Source: Adineta vaga (lineage: Eukaryota; Animalia; Rotifera). From it: a DNA stretch of 64,000 nucleotides. Shown piece by piece: positions 55,814-64,000 of the stretch. Position numbers and translations under genes: made by a program. The DNA lies in contig CP075497.1 of assembly GCA_021613535.1 (NCBI GenBank), positions 310,001 through 374,000 of the forward strand. Reading direction: 5' to 3'. Positions within the stretch are counted from its first letter, which is position 1. Each line of letters starts with the position of its first letter. The notes under the pieces were generated by a model, which was not told the DNA's origin, ran no database searches, and worked only from the letters and a program-made list of their open reading frames with translations.

Positions 55814-56484
55814 ATTTTGATATACTATATATTCTAAAAAAAAATAAATACAAAACTTATCGACGTGGCAGTACTTTGTGAAACAATTTTCACTGCTGAG
55901 TGAAACTTTCCAACATAAATCATTAAATGAATTTTTTTCTTCTCCAATATATATACAAACAATAGTTATTGTCATAAGAGAAGACGGAAGAGAATAGAAA
56001 AACAACAAACAATCGCATCAAGAAGAATGAGAATTAAAACGAATAGAAAGAAATAATAGAGACGAAAAAATTTTGCATTCAAGTTATTCGTGGGTGGATG
56101 AGTAACACAAATTGCGCAGTACTGTCGATTTGAAGGTGCACACATGAGTGAAGAGAACAAACACAGGCATATGCCAATATACATTCAACCCAAGGAGGAA
56201 AGAGTGGAATCCTAAATTGCAGGATTTGATGATTTCCATCAATTTTGAAAAATATCATAGAGAAAATCCATCTTGAGGGTGTGGGTGTGACATACTACTA
56301 TCATCCTCACCCTCAACCACATCTTTTCAATAGAAGCAAGTGTCTGTCAATAATCATATACTGAACAATTATAACGATCGATATCTTTCTTTATTTCTCT
56401 ATTAAAATAATCGATGATATGACATAAGTGATTTATAAATAAAGATGTCTGAATTCGATCGTGTTTCGCGTATGAATGTGATTA

Positions 56485-57113
56485 TTAATTAGCCCAACAA
56501 GGTGATCGTTGATCTGAAATATGAATCCAAAAACGTGTATCATCTCTTACATTCCCATAAGCAACGAAACTCCAGCCACCTTGTTGATAACTTGATGTGA
56601 GTCCATATGCAGTCCATTCTGAACCTGAATATCGAGTATTATTCATACCAGGAATCAATCGTCCATCATGAAATGCTGCAGTAACCCAACCATCTCCAAA
56701 TGATTCTTTACAAAACATATCAACTTCGTGTACATTTCGAAATTGTAATCCTTGAACAGGAATAGTTGTTGCTACAGATCCCATTAACCAACCGCCATTC
56801 AGGTTTGGATTGTTCGTAAAAATTGGATAAGCTGGCCGTGGTGAGAAATCAATTCTTTTACAGAGAACAGGCAATTTTCTACTGCAATCAGTATCACCTG
56901 TATAAGGATTACATTCATTTGGAGGTTTACCACAGACAAAACCATCAACACCAAATTGAGTGAAATGATACGATTTTTTGAATGTTAAACCCATTCGAGC
57001 TAGAATGTGACAGAAACATATTAATGAGAAATATCTCTTTGATCATATTTACCATTCACTGCAGGAGTTACATTACCAAATAAGAATACGATGAATAAGA
57101 ATGCATAAACCAT
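56485..57113 (-). CDS. Small secreted Cys/Trp-rich protein; exons 57113-57053, 56999-56485
   Basis: Signal peptide MVYAFLFIVFLFGNVTPAVNA, phase-1 intron, domain CNPYTGDTDC..LPVLC..GGW..FC...FG.GW..FHDG..GGW..RFWIHISDQ..CW. Confidence 0.82.
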
Positions 57114-57777
57114 TTTTACTTTGTTTTAGTAGTAGTAATGTAAATATGTTGAGTAAGAAACAAAACGATATAAGTGTATCATATTCTTGAAGAATGCATC
57201 ATTTTATACTATGGAAGCAGATAGGATTATAAAGCTTAGTGCCATCATCAAATTATTCCATAATTTCTTCCTTGAAAACACTTTGAGGAAGTACTTAAGA
57301 GGCGAAGAAAGGTATTCCCCTTAAAATAGATGCCTAATAATCTTCATATATCCTATGAAAACTATATTTCGAAGGTGAGTGGATGAGGGTGTAGTTTAGA
57401 TATATATTTTACTCTCACATTCATCTCAAGAAGTGACTGTTCTTTTTCAAATTAATTCCCTGCCATCAATCCAGAAATCTTCAATCAGCTTTATTCTCAG
57501 ACCAAATAATATCATTGTATTGAATTTATCATTTGAATTGTTCTATTCTTTTACTTAATAATAGTTTCATTGTTATCAAAAGCAAACTTTGCATTGAATA
57601 AAGGACACACTCGATTTTAATGTATTATTTCTTTATTGAAGGATATCTTTTTCTTTATATAGTGTTAAACGAAGCATGACAAGAAAAAAAATCATATTCA
57701 TATAAGTAATCGTTATAAACTTGTATATATTCATTTGTTTTACCTTCGTTTATATAACAAATATCTCTATAGAAAAT

Positions 57778-58073
57778 ATGAATACAGACGACGCTGTTTT
57801 TAGTGGATTTGCTGGTGGACATGATTCAGGTAAAACTTTATGAGTTTTCAAATTAATAAACGAAAACCTTCTTTTTTTTATCTTTGAAAAGTTCCTGGTG
57901 TCGGAAATGTTCTTCCATCAGCAGGTGGTTTTGAAGGAATCAATACATCTGATAATCCTCAACTAGATGCTCATACTCATGTTGATCCAACTAATTTTCC
58001 TGGTGTAGTTCATTGGGGTCCAGAACAGGTTGTTGCACGTAGACTACTTCAACAACCTCCAGTTGATAAATAA
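57778..58073 (+). CDS. Two-exon 77-aa Gly/Pro-rich small protein (not in the ORF track)
   Basis: Exons 57778-57829 and 57892-58073: MNTDDAVFSGFAGGHDSVPGVGNVLPSAGGFEGINTSDNPQLDAHTHVDPTNFPGVVHWGPEQVVARRLLQQPPVDK; AATAAA downstream. Confidence 0.65.
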
Positions 58074-59237
58074 AATAACTCCATTCGATTAAAATCTGTT
58101 TAATATAAATCATCATATTTGCATTTTTTAAAAAAATAAATCATCAATAACAATCGAATTGGTTAATAATCTTTTTACTGAGAATGAAAAAGGGTTTCAA
58201 TGTGATATGATACAAAAAAAAATTATTTCTTCGTTATTAAGGATGAAAACTGGTTGCCTGTCGTTGTTATAGAGGTAAAGACCCTCAACGACGATTTCTC
58301 CATGAAAACATGGACGAAGCTAAGTTAAAAAGTACATCATTATAGAAAGAGTGCCCATCGAAAGATCAATCAACTGTACTATTTGATACACGTTAGGATA
58401 AGATAAATAAAAGTAGATTAATACTTTTTTTGAACACGTTTTTTTTTCAAAACGCGCTACACCATATAGTTTTGTCTTTCCTTTGTTCGAAGTAAGAAAA
58501 AATAACACACATCTATGATACATTATTCTTTTACAAAATATTTTCTCGCTCTATATTTTATATTTGATTGAATAGCATCTCTTCGAATGAATCTTCTCAT
58601 AGAAAGAAAAAACTATCAAAATTAATATAATTTACTTAATTGTAATGAAAACTTTTTCACAGGAATATGATGATGTTGAAAATGAAAAACATCCAGCATT
58701 CCATACTAAAATAATTACAATATATCCAACCGTTAAGCTCAGTCTTTCATAATCTTCTTTGCCAAAAGTACAAGGACTAACAAAGATCATGTAGAAATAA
58801 ATATAAACATACCACTAAAAAATCCGGGCATGTGGTGGGAGTGTTTGTATAGAATAGATACATTCTCATCCTCAAGAAATATAAAGAAAAATTAATTATT
58901 TCGAACACAGATTATGGTCGTATGCAAAATATTTTATTACGATTGAGAACGCACTGTAAAAAGTAATGCGTTTGAAGAATTACTATCAGTAAGATTGTTT
59001 TGTAATTATATTGATGACGATAAAGCAGAATCATGTACTTCTTCTCTTTCTTTTCACAGTTTTAGTTCGTCGCATTTTATGCTGGAATGAAGAAAATATT
59101 TTCTCCTTATTCAGACAGATAAAGTTGGAGTGGGTGTAGTACTCACATCCACCCTCAGTTTATAAGACTGATCCGATTTACCCTAGTTGCGGTAATTCGG
59201 ATCAACTGTAACATCTTCCCAATTTTTTCGCTGATAC

Positions 59238-59400
59238 TAGGCGTGTGACAGTTCAAGTTCAATAGTCCGTGAGAACTAAATCGGCGAAACGAGTGATCAG
59301 TTCCATTTCACATAACCTGAACTGGTCACCATCGACAGTTCAAATGAAATGAACTGGTCATTAGTTCCAGTTCAATCGAACGAGGACTGTCACATACCTA
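59238..59400. mobile_element. hAT-type MITE (163 bp)
   Basis: TIR TAGGYRTGTGACAGT, 8-bp TSD GCTGATAC (59230-59237 and 59401-59408), internal gaactg/cagttc repeats. Confidence 0.85.
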
Positions 59401-60317
59401 GCTGATACGTTTTTTTTTTGTACATGGTATCATGGAGATTCTTTCACCGGTGGACAGAATGTGTTTGGTTCTAATTGTGATTAAAAAAATCACCTTCATG
59501 TTACGTTCTACTGTTGAGAGCGAAACAAAATATGATCGATGTCTCAAATTTTGATCCGAATTACCTCAGACGTCTCTATAATTCTGAACCACCTCCGATA
59601 AAATGGTTATAACAAATCAATTAGAAATCAATCTTTGTATAGAATTAAGTATATAAACAGCTCCGTCCGTCATTTTTTCATAAACTATAGGATTACATTA
59701 ATTATGTTTATAGAAAGTTTTCTAATTCATCTCATATAATTTAATCTCTTCCTTTATAAAAATTCAAATTTTATGAAACATGAACTAACAATTATAAATA
59801 TTAAAATAAAATAAAATATATCAGGAATGTGAGGATGGTGGATAATCAAAGAAAACACCCACAACCTAAAGTGACTATGACTTCTTTAGAATTATTTTGT
59901 TAGATAGTTTGGAAGTACGAGACACATTGATGAACAGGGCGATCAAACCATGTATTAAATCATTGATGTGATCAAATACAGTTAAGAATTAAATAAATCT
60001 CTACGACGAACATTATTTATTTTAATTAAATAACAAATATACAACGATACGTTTACAAAACAAGGACAACATCAATCTTTGAATAAATATATTCGAATAA
60101 AATATAAGGAAAAAGATTAATTAGATAAAAACGTTTTTTTTGGAATATTTTTTCTTAATTTTTCCAATTTATTTTATGTTTCTAAATGAGCTTATCATAA
60201 TAATATTTTAAATGTACTATCAAAGTCAAAAGAATTTATCTCAATAATCAACACTTATTACTTAAGTAATGTTTTCTCTTATAAAATCAATTGTTATCAT
60301 TCATTACCTGATAATAA

Positions 60318-61676
60318 TTATGTTTGGTTTATTGGTATTTGTGAAGTGATTCTTCTTCTTCGTTTTTCAATTATCCAACTGATGAGATTCACTAATCTTG
60401 GAAAAATAAATTTTAAAATCTTGATCAGACCACCAGTAAGTCCAATTAATAATGTAATAATATAAATAATATTATTCTTTGTTTTATGAATATAACTACA
60501 TTCTTTTGGTTGACATTCATTATAATATTTTTCATATTTTATCGAAATATTCCATTCTTCAACCATTAACCGATCGAGTAGTTGTTGAAGTGTTGAATTT
60601 ATTGAATAATTACTTGATAATGATGCATCAAGTGATGTCATATTCATTGATGTTGATGATGGTGATATAAAATAGGATTGTAATTGAGTTAAACAATTTT
60701 GATTATAAAAACATTGAAGATTTGATTGTAGAAGAGCTTCGACAATAAAACATCCTCGAAACATACCAGGTACAAAAAAAGCCTCTGGATCATCCACAAA
60801 ATCTTGGTATACAAGTGGTGTAGAACATATTGCCGAAGCATCACATCCACAATCAGAATAGATTGCTGAAAGTGATATCACGTAAATAGTACCATAGAAA
60901 TTTTCAAGACGATAGTTTGTATTGAGTGCTGAATATAAAGCATTACTTTGAGTTGTACTCCGGATCGTATCAAGTGAAAGAATAAAAGTATTTGTTATTG
61001 ATGATTTAAATTGATCAATGGATACTTTAATTTGTGATTCAAATAAATCTAATGATGTTACTGTTGTACTAACATATTGATTCAAAGAAAATGTTAGCAA
61101 ATTATCAGAAATTGTTTTATTCACTAATTGACAAAATTCACTCAATGCTTGAAAAATATTAACAGTGAACTTTCGAGGATTGTCGAAGATTAAATTGATA
61201 AGTACATCCAAATTATTAAGATATTGAATCCATTGTTGAGTAACATAAATACTTGTACATACTTGATGTAATGTATAATCAATATGAAGAAATGTTTCAT
61301 AATCAATTAAAATATTTTTACATGGACATGAAAGTGTTTGTGAATATAATGAATAATGTTGTAAATATTGATCATATGTTGGGTTTGGAATTGTTGATGT
61401 TTGTGAAATTGTAATCAATGAATTATATAAGAATAGAATAAATAATGAACTGATGAGAAAGAAAATAAATAATCTTGTTGATATGCGTTGATTACGAAGT
61501 TCATGTTCATTTGTCGAAGGTGGTATCGATTCAAAAAGATTGAAAGTTTTTAAAAAGATTTTGAATTTATTCCAGAATGATAATATTAATTGATTTTTAT
61601 TGATGTCTTAAATACAAAAAATAAATCATATATAAATGAATTCTAGTTTACTCTGATGCTTTGAAGGCGATACCAT
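60318..61676 (-). CDS. Single-module member of the 2-TM Cys-rich family; exons 61676-61652, 61606-60318
   Basis: [71 protein letters not shown]; 45-bp phase-1 intron. Confidence 0.82.
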
Positions 61677-62501
61677 GAATATTTATCGAAGATTATTTCT
61701 AGAGTTAGTCAGAATGATTATGTTTGTAGATGACAGACAGTCATTGCCTTGAAAATGATGAAGTTAGAATCAAATCGAAAAATTTCAATGAGCTCAATCT
61801 ATACTATTTAATTTTATCGAACTTTGGTGATATGTTCGTTTTAATTAGATGCGAATTAACGTAAAATAGAGAATTTATTTGTTTTCGTTATAATTATAAC
61901 ATAGAAAAGTAATATCAAATATATTCAATAATGAAGTAAGAATTTGATATCATCAATATGTAGTTTATTATTCAAATAGTCAAAATGCATAGCACAATGA
62001 TATCTTTCATAAGAAACTCAAATAAAAATACAGGCAGCTAAAATTCACTATAATTATGTATTATATGTTTAGTTCATACAAAGAAAACATTTATGTATAT
62101 ATATGAAAGAATTTATGTACGCATATTTTTTCAACTATAAACTTGTTCTATGCAATATTACTCTACATGTTTTAGTAAGATAGTTTTTCTCGCAGATATC
62201 AAGAGCAATGATAAATAAATTCGGGGTTAAATAATATGTCTTAAACAAAAACAGATAACTTTCATTGGAACTCGAATGAAAATCAAACAACTAAATAAAT
62301 ATTAATCAATAAAAATAAATCTGAATATATATATACTATTAGCAGAGATAATCATTGAATATAATTATATCAGTAAATATTTATAGTTTGTTCTGACCTT
62401 TCCAAGACTCAGAATTTATCTTTTTTTCTCGTAGTACAGTGAAACTCAATTGGTCTTCCCGTTATGTAGTTTTACATTTTATTGTTTTATTTCACCTATC
62501 T

Positions 62502-62780
62502 CCCAGGACGATGGTTCCTAGAAGCAGGATTCCGCTTATTTCCGGTGCAAACCTGCAGGATATCTATGTTTTCCGCGTTGGATTACTATGGGAAAGTGTG
62601 TGGAATCCTCTTGAGGGAACCGGTGATCGTATCCGACAATCGGTTATGGCAGGTTCTTGTCGGTTCCCAACAAAACCGGATAAATCCGACGACAGGATTT
62701 GGTCGCCGGAATACTGCTTTCATGAAATCTACGGAAGGTCCTGGAACTGGACGGTTCTGGACCGGATTGTTTGACCTGGG
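62502..62780. mobile_element. GC-rich MITE-like repeat with CCCAGG termini
   Basis: CCCAGG...CCTGGG ends, CT on both flanks (possible 2-bp TSD), internal ccgg/tccg repeats, GC island in AT-rich DNA. Confidence 0.55.
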
Positions 62781-64000
62781 CTTTTCAATAATCACTACAT
62801 CATTAGAAAGCGCATAGCTTGCTGCATTTTATGGTATATTAATTAAGAATAACAAAGAAAATCAAAAGATAAAAAATTGTATCACAAAAAAAGATGGTAT
62901 TTTTTCTATCGATGTAAACATTTTCTTCGAATACTAGAGTACAAGGGAAAATTTAACAAATGAAATAATAGTGTATGATATCATGCAGATTTCTACATGT
63001 AATACTAGGCCTGCCATCTGTACTATAATTGGGGATACAGTACCTCATTGCGACCCCAGGTATCCTCACAAAAACTTGTACCCTTGAGGTACGCATTTTG
63101 TATCCCATTTCGACCCTTTTCACTTTAAACCACTTATGAGTTCTCTTTTAACAGAATTTAGAAAAAGTACTTTTTCTGAGCAGATTTAGAACAGTGCATA
63201 AGTTCACGAACAGTTTCTGAGCGAGTTTTCGTTCAAGAAAATGATCTGAATCCTGGAAAGTTTATTAACTTTACCATATGACACCATTCTGTATAAAAAT
63301 CGGCTGAGAACGACAAAAATTTGATAAGTTTCAGATCACTACATAAACTACGCCAGCTCTCGTGTGAAATTGTTCCACCATATCTACAAATCTCGGCTAC
63401 CTTGAATTCTATAGCGTATAAAAAGAATTGGGCTACTTAGTCTCCATAACCCATATCGTTTTTAACAATATTTGCATTTTATTTATTGAAGAAATCTATT
63501 TCGAAAACCGTTTTACTTCTGAACTAGTAATTTGCGAAAGGAGAACAGTGTAGATCATTTTTGTATAACGAAAGGCAAATATGAAATTTTACATCAAAAG
63601 AGACGATTTTTGCAATAATATTCTACAGTATCGGCTTTGATTTTGAAAAAAAATCTATGTACCCAACCGATGTACCTCATTTGAAAACAACTTGTACCTC
63701 ACATATACTCCATCGTAAATTTTTCGTACCCTATTCCGGACCTCATGAGATGGCAGCCCTGTGTAATACGCAACTTTTATTAGTTTGTAATGATAACTCC
63801 CGATGTTACCGATGTTCAACTGTGCAAAATGCCAATTACTCTCATTTGACAAAACGCGTAAAGAAACACACCATTATACTATCGACCAAAACTTAGATGA
63901 TAAATACAATTTTGTCAGAAAACTCTCGAGATATATATCTCTATATGTAACTCAAAAGACCATACATGCATTATTATTTGTTAAATAATCAACTAACTAT

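Noticed and set aside
58540-58800. Short minus-strand hydrophobic frame ending at a possible donor
   Set aside because: No recognisable family and no complete gene model.
10271-59868. CRISPR-like reading of the arm-spacer-arm repeats
   Set aside because: Copies are dispersed, inverted and degenerate, not tandem direct repeats; no cas genes; eukaryotic context.
62439-62817. Three overlapping ORFs
   Set aside because: By-product of a GC-rich MITE with few stop codons.
63030-64000. Possible transposon left end and short ORFs
   Set aside because: No partner TIR within the window and no recognisable protein motif.

Overview
This is AT-rich eukaryotic DNA with short GT-AG introns. The gene content (FG-GAP propellers, ART and TPR proteins, divergent F-box/LRR, PAN-linked GH45, orphan GPCR, several genes of non-metazoan type) strongly suggests a bdelloid rotifer; this is an inference, no database search was run. 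The window holds about 20 genes or pseudogenes, one tRNA-Glu(TTC), an apparently intact Sola2-like DNA transposon and several MITEs with target-site duplications. Main points of interest: (1) a tail-to-tail pair of receptor-like ADP-ribosyltransferases (cytoplasmic R-S-E ART, then TM, then extracellular PAN/apple repeats) in which the ART and TM are nearly identical and the ectodomain is divergent; (2) about 15 short, mostly intergenic hairpins built from inverted telomere-like GGGTGT/TGAGGG repeats; (3) a 4-exon metacaspase-like gene; (4) a modular 2-TM Cys-rich protein family with phase-1 cassette exons and variable ectodomain centres; (5) several otherwise intact genes carrying single nonsense lesions. 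Exon boundaries were read by eye and phase-checked.
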